Positions 9,980-22,970 of a stretch of DNA of 64,000 bases are shown here, in pieces (the first letter of the stretch is position 1; each line of letters begins with the position of its first letter). The notes below the pieces were generated by a model, which saw only the letters and a list, made by a program, of their open reading frames with translations, did not search any database and was not told where the DNA came from. The stretch is from assembly GCA_963818475.1 (NCBI GenBank), contig CAWFSF010000006.1:1504001-1568000 (forward strand). Direction: 5' to 3'. The DNA is from Nitrospirota bacterium. GTDB taxonomy: Bacteria; Nitrospirota; UBA9217. Made by a program: the position numbers and the translations under genes.

Positions 9980-10036
9980 GTTCAACACGCGCCTGACACG
10001 CCGTCTTTGGCGCGTCGCTGTAGGCGCAGGTTGAGA
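9980..10036 (-). mobile_element. integron attC-like site 4
   Basis: Minus strand TCTCAAC-CTGCGCCTACAGCGACGCGCC-AAAGA-CGGCGTGTCAGGCGCGT-GTTGAAC. Same family as site 1, 22 bp after the higA stop. Confidence 0.7.
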
Positions 10037-10058
10037 TATTTGCATGGATAGAAACGGC

Positions 10059-10376
10059 TTAGATGTGGGCTAAGGCAGGTAATCTTTTTATCTTCTTTAT
10101 CTCTTTTGCAGTTGATGAGTGGGTTACATGATATAAATCCCACGCCAGCTGCAAATTAAGCCAAAACTGCGCCTCCATGCCGAATAGTTTCTCCAGACGA
10201 AGTGCTGTGTCAGGGGTGATCCCCCGCTTCGCATGAATCAGTTCATTAACACGAGGATATGAAACTCCGAGCTTTTCCGCCGACTCGCTCTGTGTTATTT
10301 TCAGAGGCTTGAGAAACTCCTCCAACAGCATTTCGCCGGGATGCGTCGGCGGACCATATTTAGGTATTCGTACCAT
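10059..10376 (-). CDS. higA: HigA family antitoxin (HTH)
   Basis: PPTHPGEMLLEEFLKPL...RGITPDTALRL..FG.EAQFWLNLQLAWDL. Confidence 0.9.
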   Translation of the reverse strand: MVRIPKYGPPTHPGEMLLEEFLKPLKITQSESAEKLGVSYPRVNELIHAKRGITPDTALRLEKLFGMEAQFWLNLQLAWDLYHVTHSSTAKEIKKIKRLPALAHI

Positions 10377-10394
10377 CTTCTTCTCCTTCACTCT

Positions 10395-10455
10395 TCAGTG
10401 GTAATCGGTAATTTCCGACGTTTTCAACGCTGTCATCCGTCCACACAAAACAACA
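10395..10455 (-). pseudogene. higB: C-terminal remnant of a HigB toxin
   Basis: CFVWTDDSVENV/EITDYH* (one indel) directly upstream of higA matches the HigB C-terminus. The 5' part is missing, with an attC-like site in its place. Confidence 0.7.
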
Positions 10456-10469
10456 GCTATTTGGTGCAG

Positions 10470-10527
10470 TCACAACGCTCCGGTTCAGCGGCGTCAGTAG
10501 GCCGACCGCTGGAACCGGAGGTTAGCG
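10470..10527 (-). mobile_element. integron attC-like site 5
   Basis: Minus strand CGCTAAC-CTCCG-GTTCCAGC-GG...CC-GCTGAAC-CGGAGC-GTTGTGA. The extra base in the L'' box gives minus orientation. It lies 50 bp after the katG stop. Confidence 0.75.
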
Positions 10528-10577
10528 TGCTGCTTTTTCCGCCCAGTCAGAAGTCCATGCAGACCTTTATGCCACGA

Positions 10578-12786
<2,209 letters not shown>

Positions 12787-13211
12787 TTAAGGTTGGTGGT
12801 TGCAAGGCTAACGCGGGCATGACCCGCTAGATTAAGGATAGCAGATTAAACGCTTTTGGATGAATGCTATTATTGGATAACGAGGCAGGTCGATGCTATT
12901 GGTGGCTCCATCGTTTATTTTTTACTTTCGCAGACGATTTGGAAACCGTATCAGATTTTTTGTCTTTAATTTCACTTTTTAGTTCGGAAATCCAATATGC
13001 TAAAGACAATAATAAACTGGAAATACCAGGCGATATTCTTAGTGGACGTCCCTCGCGTCTTCGCGTTAAAAAATGCATCTCATCGCGCATGCCTCCCGCC
13101 CAAACCCGGGAAAATCGAAACGAATGCCGCCACCTTTAGCACTTGATCGCCCGCTTGCCGGGCAGCCGACGTGTGCTACCCTGTTCTTTAATAGCTCCAA
13201 CTAATTTCCAT

Positions 13212-13241
13212 TTGACAACTCACCGCCATTATCTGTATTAT
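13212..13241 (+). promoter_or_regulatory. sigma70 promoter of nadA (very short leader)
   Basis: TTGACA-18 nt-TATTAT-10 nt-ATG, with no obvious SD. Confidence 0.55.
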
Positions 13242-13251
13242 CACTCTACCT

Positions 13252-14250
13252 ATGACTTCCGAAAAGATTGACATCGCGTCCCTCCGAGATAAGATCCAGA
13301 AGCTGAAAAAAGATCTGAACGCCATCATCCTGGCGCACAATTACCAGCGTCCCGAGGTACAGGACATTGCGGACATCACCGGAGACTCGCTCGAACTGTC
13401 CCGCGCAGCGGCAAAGACCGACTACCGCGTCATCGTCTTCTGCGGCGTCCATTTCATGGCCGAAAGCGCCTCGATCCTGTCGCCGGACAAGACCGTGCTT
13501 CTGCCGGAGATCACCGCCGGCTGCCCCATGGCCGATATGGTCACGGTCAAAGGCCCGCGCAAGACACGGCGCGAGTTCTACACAGACAAGCTCGGCATAG
13601 CCTTTGAATTCGCCGACGAGTTCACGCTCCTGGACATGAAAAAGAAATATCCCGGCGTGCCGGTCGTGGCCTATGTGAACACCTCGGCCGCGGTCAAGGC
13701 CGAAAGCGACATCTGCTGCACATCGTCAAACGTGGTCAAGGTCGTGGAATCCCTCAAGGAAGACACTGTCATCTGCATCCCGGACCGGAATTTGTCCGCC
13801 TATGCCGCAAAAAGAACAAAAAAGAAGATCATCTCCTGGGACGGGTTCTGCAACGTCCACCAGGGGCACCTTGACATCGAGGACGTGAACAGGGCGCGGG
13901 CGGCCCACCCCGATGCCGTGCTCGTGGTCCACCCGGAATGCCCTCCCGCGATCCAGGACATGGCCGACCAGATCGCAAGCACCTCGGGCATGCTCCGGTT
14001 CTGCAAAGAGTCGAACCACAAGGAATTCATCATCGGCACCGAGGAAGGCCTGCTTCACCGCCTCAGGAAAGAAAGTCCGGACAAGAAGTTCTATATCGTC
14101 TCGAACGAGATGGTATGCCCCAACATGAAGCGGACCAGGCTCGAGAGCGTTCTCACCGCAATGGAAAAGATGCAGTACGTGATCAAGGTGCCCGAGGATA
14201 TCCGCATTCCGGCAAAACGGGCGCTGGACCGGATGCTGGAAATACCATAA
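13252..14250 (+). CDS. nadA: Quinolinate synthase A
   Basis: [39 protein letters not shown] and CPNMK motifs. Confidence 0.97.
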   Translation: MTSEKIDIASLRDKIQKLKKDLNAIILAHNYQRPEVQDIADITGDSLELSRAAAKTDYRVIVFCGVHFMAESASILSPDKTVLLPEITAGCPMADMVTVKGPRKTRREFYTDKLGIAFEFADEFTLLDMKKKYPGVPVVAYVNTSAAVKAESDICCTSSNVVKVVESLKEDTVICIPDRNLSAYAAKRTKKKIISWDGFCNVHQGHLDIEDVNRARAAHPDAVLVVHPECPPAIQDMADQIASTSGMLRFCKESNHKEFIIGTEEGLLHRLRKESPDKKFYIVSNEMVCPNMKRTRLESVLTAMEKMQYVIKVPEDIRIPAKRALDRMLEIP

Positions 14251-14599
14251 CAATGACAGTTTAGTGCTCTTCGTTCTCTGTGTTCTGTGTGAAAACATTG
14301 ATTCAGCCATCATATCAGCTGGTTCTGGATAAGAACTGTGATCTCCTGCCGCATAAATACAGATCGGCTGCGATAAGCATTTGAATGGTCACTTAAAAAC
14401 CCACTTCTCTGTTACCTACTGTGTAATAGTCAAATAATATATTCTATCGGGAAATCCCTCATTTTGGTCTTCGAAAAACCTGAGCCCAACTGCAATTCCT
14501 ATCTGCTATTTCACTCCCACTCAGTGAGCCACAATAATTCCATTAAATCCAACAACATACCAGCGTTACTCAATTTTTAATATTCCGCCATATAGTATC

Positions 14600-14665
14600 T
14601 TTATACAATTTTAATGTAATTTCCGTCAATTTTAACAGCAATTTTATTATCGCCTGTGCTATACC
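14600..14665 (+). promoter_or_regulatory. KdpE-box-like tandem sites and -10 of the kdp operon
   Basis: TTTATACAATTTTAATG (compare the E. coli KdpE site TTTATACTTTTTTTACA), a second T-rich box, then TATACC. Confidence 0.65.
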
Positions 14666-14689
14666 TGTCTTATATGAAGGAGGCGCGCG

Positions 14690-14771
14690 ATGGATATAAT
14701 TTATCTCTGCATAACTATAGCGTTGTTCGCAATAAGTTGGTTTTTTCGTAAAACTTATTGAGCGAGTATAG
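14690..14771 (+). CDS. Small hydrophobic peptide upstream of kdpF (probable T6/T5 indel)
   Basis: AGGAGG RBS, then MDIIYLCITIALFAISWFF-RKTY* as read, or -VKLIERV* if one T of the T6 run is removed. Confidence 0.65.
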
Positions 14772-14785
14772 GAAGGAGAAAGGGA

Positions 14786-14878
14786 ATGGAGCTTTTTTAC
14801 TGGATTGGCGGCGCTCTCGCCGCAGTGCTGCTGGTGTACCTGTTGATAGCACTTCTTAAACCGGAGGCCCTCTCATGA
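14786..14878 (+). CDS. kdpF: K+-transporting ATPase subunit F
   Basis: MELFYWIGGALAAVLLVYLLIALLKPEALS*, overlapping kdpA by ATGA. Confidence 0.9.
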   Translation: MELFYWIGGALAAVLLVYLLIALLKPEALS

Positions 14879-16677
14879 CGGGCAACGGTATTTTTCAGAT
14901 AGTTATATTTTTTGGCGCTCTGTTGTTGCTCGCAAAACCGCTGGGGGTCTACATGGCGCGGGTTTACGAAGGGAATCCAGCGGGCCTGGACCGCGTTCTT
15001 CGGCCTGTCGAGCGGTTCTTCTACCGGGTTTGCGGAATCAATCCCGACGAGGAAATGGGTTGGAAAAAGTACGCTGTCGCGGTGCTTCTTTTCAGCACAA
15101 TGGGATTGTTTTTCCTTTACGCCCTGCAGCGCTTACAGGGTTTTCTGCCGCTTAACCCGCAGAAGTTACCCGCAGTCTCCCCTGATTCTTCGTTTAATAC
15201 GGCTGTCAGTTTTATCACGAACACCAACTGGCAGGGGTACGGCGGCGAAACAACGATGAGCTACCTCACCCAGATGGCCGGGCTTGGAGTGCAGAATTTT
15301 GTATCAGCCTCGGCAGGTATGGCCGTGCTCGTTGCCCTGATACGCGGGTTTGCCAGGCACTCGGCAGAGACCATCGGGAACTTCTGGGTCGATCTCACCC
15401 GCTCCACGCTTTACATCCTGATGCCGCTTGCGCTGGTTTATTCACTGCTGCTCGTATCTCAGGGAGTTGTTCAGACCTTCAGCGAATATAAGACGGTGCA
15501 GCTCACCCAGGCCATCACCTACGATGCCCCGAAGCTTGATGCTCAGGACAACCCGGTCAAGGATGAAAAGGGCAATCCCGTGACCGGGAAAGTGCAAGTG
15601 AAAGAACAAACCATACCGCTCGGTCCGGCTGCATCGCAGATTGCGATCAAGCAGCTCGGCACGAACGGCGGCGGGTTCTTTAACGCTAACTCGGCCCATC
15701 CTTTGGAAAACCCGACGGCATTCTCCAGTTTTCTCGAAATGCTGGCGATCCTCCTGATTCCGGCCGCGCTCTGCATCACCTTCGGCAAGATGGTAGGAGA
15801 CATGCGGCAGGGGTGGGCGCTGCTTTCCGCCATGGTTCTGGTCCTTCTTACGCTGACGGCTCTCTGCACCTGGAGTGAGCAGGCCGACAATCCGAAATTA
15901 GCGTTCCTGGGCGTTGATCAGGCTGCAAGCGATCAACAGCCGGGCGGAAACATGGAAGGAAAAGAAGCCCGCTTCGGGATCGTGAACTCCGCGATCTGGG
16001 CCACGGCGACTACAGCAGCCTCGAACGGGTCGGTCAATTCCATGCACGACTCTTATACACCCATGGGTGGACTGTACCCGCTGGCGCTGATCCAGCTGGG
16101 AGAAGTCATTTTCGGAGGTGTCGGTTCTGGTCTTTACGGCATGCTGATCATGGCCATTATCACGGTTTTCATAGCAGGTCTCATGGTCGGACGCACGCCG
16201 GAATATCTGGGCAAAAAGATCGAGATGTTCGAGATGAAGATGGCCGTGCTTGTGATCCTGATCGTGAACGCCTTGGTAAAAATCGGCACGGCTGTCGGCG
16301 TTGCGACTGCAGCGGGAGTAGCGGGAGTAGCGAACCCTGGTCCGCATGGATTTTCCGAGATCCTCTACGCGTTCTCATCCGCGGCGAACAACAACGGCAG
16401 CGCCTTTGCGGGTTTAAGCGCCAATACGGTCTTTTATAACACGACCCTCGGCATCTCCATGTTCATCGGCCGGTTCTGGGTGATTATCCCGGTGCTGGCT
16501 ATTGCGGGTTCTTTGGCAAAGAAGAAGCAGGTGCCCGCAAGTCTGGGAACGCTGCCGACCCATACGCCTTTGTTCGTGGCGCTATTGATCGGGGTCATAT
16601 TGATCGTCGGAGCGTTGACGTTCATGCCGGCCTGGGCGCTCGGGCCGATTGCCGAACAGCTGATGGCGGTAAGATAA
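14875..16677 (+). CDS. kdpA: K+-transporting ATPase subunit A
   Basis: FITNTNWQGY, KQLGTNGGGFF, SNGSVNSMHDS and NNGSAFAG motifs. Confidence 0.98.
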   Translation: MTGNGIFQIVIFFGALLLLAKPLGVYMARVYEGNPAGLDRVLRPVERFFYRVCGINPDEEMGWKKYAVAVLLFSTMGLFFLYALQRLQGFLPLNPQKLPAVSPDSSFNTAVSFITNTNWQGYGGETTMSYLTQMAGLGVQNFVSASAGMAVLVALIRGFARHSAETIGNFWVDLTRSTLYILMPLALVYSLLLVSQGVVQTFSEYKTVQLTQAITYDAPKLDAQDNPVKDEKGNPVTGKVQVKEQTIPLGPAASQIAIKQLGTNGGGFFNANSAHPLENPTAFSSFLEMLAILLIPAALCITFGKMVGDMRQGWALLSAMVLVLLTLTALCTWSEQADNPKLAFLGVDQAASDQQPGGNMEGKEARFGIVNSAIWATATTAASNGSVNSMHDSYTPMGGLYPLALIQLGEVIFGGVGSGLYGMLIMAIITVFIAGLMVGRTPEYLGKKIEMFEMKMAVLVILIVNALVKIGTAVGVATAAGVAGVANPGPHGFSEILYAFSSAANNNGSAFAGLSANTVFYNTTLGISMFIGRFWVIIPVLAIAGSLAKKKQVPASLGTLPTHTPLFVALLIGVILIVGALTFMPAWALGPIAEQLMAVR

Positions 16678-16685
16678 GGCAAGCG

Positions 16686-16806
16686 CCAAATGACAAGCAT
16701 AAATCACAAATAAGCTCCAGGCATCAAATTCGAAAATTTTAAATCGTTTCGGTCGTGGCCGTTTTGAATTTGGCATTTATTTGGAATGTGTGATTTGAGA
16801 TTTGGT
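16686..16806. repeat. Short-period (7-8 nt) inverted-repeat element between kdpA and kdpB
   Basis: CCAAATGACAAGCATAAATCACAAAT... mirrored by ...TTTGGCATTTATTTGGAATGTGTGATTTGAGATTTGG. Confidence 0.6.
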
Positions 16807-16825
16807 CCATTTAAAGGAGTCTCCT

Positions 16826-18901
16826 ATGAGCAGTAAATCGAAAAAGCGATCGCTCTTTGAACCGGCGATCGCAAAAAAAGCATGCTGGGATTCGTTCAGA
16901 AAATTGAATCCAGTACACCAGATCAAGAACCCGGTCATGTTCGTCGTGGAAATCGGCAGTGTTTTGACATCGCTCCTGTTTTTCCACGCAATCCTGACTG
17001 GAAACGGCGAGGCCTCGCCGTCCTTCATTCTTCAGATATCCGTCTGGCTCTGGATTACCGTGCTTTTCGCCAATTTCGCGGAATCCATGGCAGAGGGGCG
17101 CGGCAAGGCCCAGGCCGAATCCCTCCGCCAAACGCGGCGCGAGGTCAATGCCAAGAAGCTTGCAAATCCGTCGCCTGATGGTTCGGTCACGATGATCGCT
17201 TCGTCACAGCTCAAAAAAGGCGATGTTGTGCTCGTGGAGGCGGGCGACATCATTCCGATGGACGGAGAAGTCATCGAAGGCGTGGCCTCGGTTAATGAAA
17301 GCGCAGTGACCGGAGAAAGCGCGCCGGTAATTCGCGAAAGCGGCGGAGACCGGAGCGCGGTCACGGGCGGGACTACCGTTTTGTCCGACTGGCTCGTGGT
17401 GCGGATCACGACAAGTCCCGGAGAAACGTTTCTCGATCGCATGATCAGCATGGTGGAAGGCGCAAAACGACAGAAGACGCCGAACGAGATCGCACTCGAT
17501 ATTCTGCTCGCGGGTATGACGATCATCTTCCTGCTTGTATGCGTGACGCTGCTTCCCTATTCCCTATTCAGCGTCAAGGCTGCGGGCCAGGGCGCGCCGG
17601 TCACCATCACCGTGCTCGTGGCGCTCCTGGTATGCCTCATCCCGACCACGATCGGCGGTCTGCTCTCGGCCATCGGCATTGCGGGCATGGACCGGATGAT
17701 CCAGGCGAATGTGATCGCCATGTCGGGCCGGGCCGTGGAAGCAGCCGGAGACGTTGATGTGCTGCTCCTGGATAAGACCGGGACGATCACCCTCGGCAAC
17801 CGGCAGGCCACGGAGTTCGTTCCCGCTCCCGGTGTACACGTGGGCGCCCTTGCCGACGCGGCCCAGCTCGCCTCATTAGCGGATGAGACTCCTGAAGGAA
17901 GAAGCATCGTCGTCCTTGCAAAGGAGAAATATGATCTCCGGGCGCGAGATATTCACAGTATCGGCGCACAGTTTGTCCCTTTTACTGCCCAGACCCGCAT
18001 GAGCGGGGTAAACCTCGAGAATCGTGAGATCCGTAAAGGCGCGGCAGACGCAGTTGAAAAGTACGTCCAAACAAGGGGCGGGACATTCCCACCCGATGTT
18101 CGATCGATCGTGGACGATATTGCAAAAAAAGGCGCTACGCCGCTCGTGGTTGCCGAGGGAAGCAAAGTGCTCGGCATCATCCGGTTGAACGATATCGTGA
18201 AAGGCGGGATCAAGGAACGGTTCGCCGAGATGCGGAAGATGGGGATCAAGACAATCATGATCACCGGCGACAATCCCCTGACCGCTGCCGCGGTTGCGGC
18301 GGAAGCAGGGGTCGATGATTTTCTGGCCGAGGCGACGCCCGAAGCAAAGCTTAAGCTCATCCGCGAGTACCAGAAAGGCGGCAGGCTCGTTGCCATGACC
18401 GGCGACGGCACGAACGACGCGCCCGCGCTCGCCCAGGCGGACGTGGCAGTGGCCATGAACTCAGGCACGCAGGCTGCCAAAGAAGCAGGCAATCTCGTGG
18501 ACCTTGATTCGAATCCGACCAAGCTCATCCAGATCGTCGAGATCGGCAAGCAGCTTCTGATGACCCGCGGCACGCTTACGACCTTCAGCATCGCGAACGA
18601 CGTGGCGAAATATTTCGCCATACTGCCAGCCGCGTTTCTTTCAATCTATCCGGCGCTCGGAGCGCTTAATATCATGGGTCTGGCCTCGCCGGAAAGCGCG
18701 GTCCTGTCGGCGGTGATCTTTAACGCGCTGATCATCATTTTCCTCGTGCCCCTGGCGCTGCGCGGCGTGAAATACCGTCCCCTCGGCGCCTCAATAGTTT
18801 TACGAAACAATGCCTTGATTTACGGCGGTGGCGGGCTGATCGTGCCGTTTATCGGCATCAAGCTGATTGATATGCTTATAACGGCGATACATATTGTTTG
18901 A
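16826..18901 (+). CDS. kdpB: K+-transporting P-type ATPase subunit B
   Basis: [18 protein letters not shown] and [10 protein letters not shown] motifs, with an AAGGAG RBS. Confidence 0.98.
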   Translation: MSSKSKKRSLFEPAIAKKACWDSFRKLNPVHQIKNPVMFVVEIGSVLTSLLFFHAILTGNGEASPSFILQISVWLWITVLFANFAESMAEGRGKAQAESLRQTRREVNAKKLANPSPDGSVTMIASSQLKKGDVVLVEAGDIIPMDGEVIEGVASVNESAVTGESAPVIRESGGDRSAVTGGTTVLSDWLVVRITTSPGETFLDRMISMVEGAKRQKTPNEIALDILLAGMTIIFLLVCVTLLPYSLFSVKAAGQGAPVTITVLVALLVCLIPTTIGGLLSAIGIAGMDRMIQANVIAMSGRAVEAAGDVDVLLLDKTGTITLGNRQATEFVPAPGVHVGALADAAQLASLADETPEGRSIVVLAKEKYDLRARDIHSIGAQFVPFTAQTRMSGVNLENREIRKGAADAVEKYVQTRGGTFPPDVRSIVDDIAKKGATPLVVAEGSKVLGIIRLNDIVKGGIKERFAEMRKMGIKTIMITGDNPLTAAAVAAEAGVDDFLAEATPEAKLKLIREYQKGGRLVAMTGDGTNDAPALAQADVAVAMNSGTQAAKEAGNLVDLDSNPTKLIQIVEIGKQLLMTRGTLTTFSIANDVAKYFAILPAAFLSIYPALGALNIMGLASPESAVLSAVIFNALIIIFLVPLALRGVKYRPLGASIVLRNNALIYGGGGLIVPFIGIKLIDMLITAIHIV

Positions 18902-18909
18902 AGTCCATG

Positions 18910-18957
18910 CCCTCACCTCAATCCTCTCCCCAACGGGGAGAGGGCCAGGGTGAGGGG
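18910..18957. repeat. REP/CIR-like palindromic repeat, copy 2 (kdpB-kdpC junction)
   Basis: CCCTCACCTCAATCCTCTCCCC-AAC-GGGGAGAGGGCCAGGGTGAGGGG. Confidence 0.8.
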
Positions 18958-18983
18958 TGGTATCATACTGAAAGGAGAATCTC

Positions 18984-19556
18984 ATGTTCACCATGATTCG
19001 TAACTCGCTCATGTCCCTGTTGCTGTTCACCATACTCACGGGACTCATTTACCCCCTGGCCGTGACCGGGCTTGCGCAAGCGATTTTCCCAAGCCAGGCA
19101 AACGGCAGCATCATCACGAAGAACGGCAAAGCCGTCGGATCGAAGCTGATCGGCCAGCAGTTCGAGGACCCGAAGTACTTCTGGGGAAGGCTCTCGGCAA
19201 CGGGACCCTATCCCTATAATGGCGGTGCTTCGTCCGGATCGAATCTCGGCCAGAACAATCCAGCCCTCATGACGAATGTGCAAGCGCGGATCAAAGCCCT
19301 GCATGCAGCCGATCCGGGCAATGAGGCGAAGATTCCCGTGGATCTGGTCACGGCCTCGGGCAGCGGTCTCGACCCGCACATCAGCCAGGCCGCGGCGGAG
19401 TATCAGGTAAATCGGGTGGCAAAGACCCGGGGTCTCGATCAAACCAGCGTCCGCGCCTTGATCGCAAAGCATACACAGGGACGCTGGCTCGGCGTGATCG
19501 GCGAGCCGGTGGTCAATGTTCTTGAGCTGAACCTGGCGCTCGATGGTCGGCAGTAA
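18984..19556 (+). CDS. kdpC: K+-transporting ATPase subunit C
   Basis: [25 protein letters not shown] and [11 protein letters not shown] motifs. Confidence 0.98.
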   Translation: MFTMIRNSLMSLLLFTILTGLIYPLAVTGLAQAIFPSQANGSIITKNGKAVGSKLIGQQFEDPKYFWGRLSATGPYPYNGGASSGSNLGQNNPALMTNVQARIKALHAADPGNEAKIPVDLVTASGSGLDPHISQAAAEYQVNRVAKTRGLDQTSVRALIAKHTQGRWLGVIGEPVVNVLELNLALDGRQ

Positions 19557-19569
19557 CAGAGGAGGAAAA

Positions 19570-19962
19570 ATGAAAAAGCACGTATGGATTCTTACGGTCA
19601 TGATGCTCATATCAGCCATAGGTTTCCCATTGCTCGCAGAGGCTGTTTCTTTTTCCCCTGTTCCAGCGGAACATGAAGAGAAAGTGACCAGGGGGATCAT
19701 TGAAAAGGGCGCCATGGTTTGCCTTTTCCAGAGCGGGACAGCGGACGTGAAAAAGGCGATCAGTATCGGTGACCTTCTCGTCGTATTCCGGGAAGGTCCG
19801 AAGCACGAGCTCAGGGAAGTCGGGAAGATCAAGGTGCTCTCTTATGCAGGAGAAGATTATCTGCAAGGTGAGGTTATCGAAGGCGAAATTAAAGCCGGCG
19901 ATATCGCAAAAAAAGACGAAGTTGCGAGCCTTGTGATATCGTCGGGAGAAAAATGCAAATAA
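19570..19962 (+). CDS. Uncharacterised exported small beta-rich protein in the kdp operon
   Basis: GGAGG RBS 13 bp after kdpC, a signal peptide (LLAEA), two Cys, and a pattern GDLLVVFRE..EVGKIKVL....GEVIEGEIKAGD reminiscent of FlgT C-terminal domains. Confidence 0.75.
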   Translation: MKKHVWILTVMMLISAIGFPLLAEAVSFSPVPAEHEEKVTRGIIEKGAMVCLFQSGTADVKKAISIGDLLVVFREGPKHELREVGKIKVLSYAGEDYLQGEVIEGEIKAGDIAKKDEVASLVISSGEKCK

Positions 19963-20029
19963 TTGCAGTACTTAGCCGTTTGTTGAATTCCAGAAGGTGC
20001 ACCAAGACTCACACCCGACCATGAAAAAT

Positions 20030-20095
20030 CCTTATGGAATCTTTATGCTTATCGGCACGGTTTTTAGCAGTAATTTAATGCCGCTTTTGTATACT
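20030..20095 (+). promoter_or_regulatory. KdpE-box-like sites and -10 upstream of kdpDE
   Basis: CCTTATGGAATCTTTATG-13 nt-TTTTTAGCAGTAATTTAATG-9 nt-TATACT, the same layout as the kdpF promoter. Confidence 0.65.
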
Positions 20096-20191
20096 ATGAT
20101 AAAAAATATTCACCCGCGACTGCGAAAAATATGCGAAAATATGTATAGGTATGCTTAGGCTGCAGATCAGCAATCAGGAGTCAGCCAACAA

Positions 20192-22887
20192 ATGGAAGAA
20201 CGCAGGCCCGATCCCGATCAGCTTCTTGACAAGGTGCGCAGGGAAACCGAACGAAGCCGAGAAGGCCAGCTGAAGACTCTTCTTCGGCGCTGCACCCGGT
20301 GTGGGGAAAACCTATGCCATGCTCGAAGCGGCGCGCCAGAAGAAACGCGAGGGCGTGGAAATCGTGGTCGGCCTTGTCGAAACCCACGGCCGGGCAGAGA
20401 CCGAAGCGCTCATCGAGGGTCTGGAAGTCCTGCCCCGCAGGAACGTCGAGTATCGCGGCGCCGTGTTGAAGGAGTTCGATCTCGACAGCGCCCTTCGCCG
20501 CAAGCCCGTTATCATGCTTGTTGACGAACTAGCCCACACCAACGCCCCCGGGTCCCGCCACAAGAAACGCTGGCAGGACATCTATGAGCTGCTCGGGGCG
20601 GGCATCTCCGTGTACACCACCGTGAACGTGCAGCATCTTGAAAGCCTGAACGACGTCGTCTCCCAGATCACGGGCATCAATGTCCGGGAAACGGTGCCTG
20701 ATTTTCTTCTGGACCGGGCCGACGAGATCGAGCTCATCGACCTGCCTCCCGACGACCTGCTCCAGCGTTTGCGGGAAGGTAAAGTGTACATGCCGGAACA
20801 GGCCGCCGCGGCCATCGAGAACTTTTTCCGCAAAGGCAACCTGATCGCTCTCCGCGAGCTTGCCCTCAGGCGCACCGCCGACCGCGTTGACGAGCAGATG
20901 CAGCTCTACCGGCAGGACAAGGGAATCACGACTATCTGGCCCGCTGGAGAGCGGATAATGGTCTGCGTGGGCCACAATCCACGCTCTATCCGGCTGATCC
21001 ATGCTGCCAGGAGACTGGCCGCCGGCCTGCGAGCGGAGTGGATCGCCGTACACGTGGAAGCGCCGTCACGGGTCCGGTCCTCGGAAAGCGACATGAAGCG
21101 GCTGGGCGACCACATGCGGCTTGCGGAAAGCCTCGGCGCGGAAACCGTGGTATTAAGCGGCCAGCGGATGAGCGAAGAAGTCATAACCTACGCGCGCAGC
21201 AGGAACGTAAGCAGGATCATTATCGGCAAACCGACCCATGCCCGCTGGAAGGACAAGCTTTTTGGATCCCCTTTGGACGACATCGTGCGGTCCAGCGGTG
21301 ATATCGATGTCTATGTGATCAGCGGCGACGCCCTGGAGCCGCATCTGCACCCAGAGCCGAAAACCCGGACGCGTGTTGCGCGCAAAAGGGAATGGATATG
21401 GAGCGTCCTCGTTGTTTCTCTGTGCACGGGCGTTGCCGCGCTCATGTCCTCCTACTTCGAGTCCGTCGATCTGGTGATGGTATATCTCCTGGGTATCGTC
21501 ATCACCGCGAGCCGCACCAGTACGTGGCCGGCTTTGTTCGCCACGCTCTTCAGCATCGCGGCCTTCGATTTCTTTTTTATCCCTCCTTATAATACGTTTG
21601 CGGTGAACGACATCAGGCATGTCGTCACCTTCATCGTCATGTTCATCATTTCCGTCGTCATCAGCAGGCTTACGCTGCGGGTCCGGCAGCAGGCGGAAGC
21701 AGCGCGCATGCGCGAGCGCAGGACCGCCGCACTCTATAATTTAAGCCGCGACCTCGTCCGCGAGCGGGGAACGGAACGCTTGAGCGAACTTGCGGTAAAA
21801 CATATCGGCGAAGTATTCGACAGCCAGGTCGTGATCCTCGTCCCTGATGAGCAGAACCGTCTGGCTATCTCCGGAAGCGGCCCCTCCAGCTTTACTCCTG
21901 ATCAGCAGGAATTGAGCGTTGCGCAATGGGTTTACGAGCACCGACAGCCTGCCGGGCTGAGCACCGACACTCTGCCCGGAGCAAAAGCTCTGTACCTGCC
22001 GCTGATCGCCTCGGGCGGTCCGGTGGGAGTGGTCGGTATCGAGCCGCGAACGACCGGCGATGCCTTCGAGCCGGAGCAACTGCACTATCTCGAAGGTTTT
22101 GCGAACCAGGCCGCAATCGCACTAGAACGCTCTTTTCTCGCGGCGGCCACGCAAAACGCGCTGCTTAAAAGCGGAAACTGAAAGTCTTCGCAATACGCTT
22201 CTCAGTTCTATTTCACACGATCTCCGCACGCCTCTGTCGGCGATCACCGGCGCCGCAACGACCCTGCTGCAGAATGACATCGCGCTCGACAGGCAGAACC
22301 GCCTGGAACTTTTGCAGACCATCCAGGAAGAGGCCGATCATTTAAACCGGATCATGAAGAACGTACTCGACATGACACGCCTGGAATCCGGCGCCATAAC
22401 CGTGAATAAAGAATGGCAGCCCCTTGAGGAGATCGTGGGCGCGGTGCTGAACCGCCTCGGAGAGCGCCTGAACGATCACCCCGTCAAGGTAAGCCTCCAG
22501 GGAAATCTGCCGCTCATTCCCTTTGACAGCCTGCTCATCGAACAGGTCTTCATGAATTTGTTCGACAACGCCATAAAATATTCCCCCAGGGGAACGCCGC
22601 TGGAGCTGTCGGCATCGGAGTCGTTCTATACCGTGACGGTAGAACTTGCGGACCGCGGTCCCGGCATAGTGCAGGGCGACGAGGAACGCATCTTCGAAAA
22701 ATTCGTGCGCGGCCGCGGCGCGGGTGGCGGCGTGGGACTGGGACTTGCTATTTGCCGCACCATCATCAACGCTCACGGCGGTAAAATATGGGCGGAGAAC
22801 CGCGAAGGCGGCGGTGCGGTGTTTCGTTTCACTCTGTCCGCAGCAGGACTGCCTCCGGCACCGAAAAGGGAAGAGGAAGATGCGTGA
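20192..22887 (+). CDS. kdpD: Sensor histidine kinase KdpD (two frameshifts)
   Basis: RPDPDQLL, GVGKTYAML, VDELAHTN, USP, 4 TM and GAF domains, ISHDLRTPL, and the HATPase GVGLGLAIC motif. Confidence 0.95.
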
Positions 22888-22970
22888 ATGTGTTTATGCG
22901 TCAAGGAGAATTGCCCTATCCGCATACACGCTTCCCCGCCTCAACACATATTCGCCACTGAGATTTGAAC

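Noticed and set aside
12830-12900. OxyR-type operator upstream of katG
   Set aside because: ATAG/CTAT tetramers are present but not at ATAG-N7-CTAT spacing.
12864-13139. Short ORFs between katG and nadA
   Set aside because: They are AT-rich fragments with no credible start or RBS, at most a decayed gene remnant.
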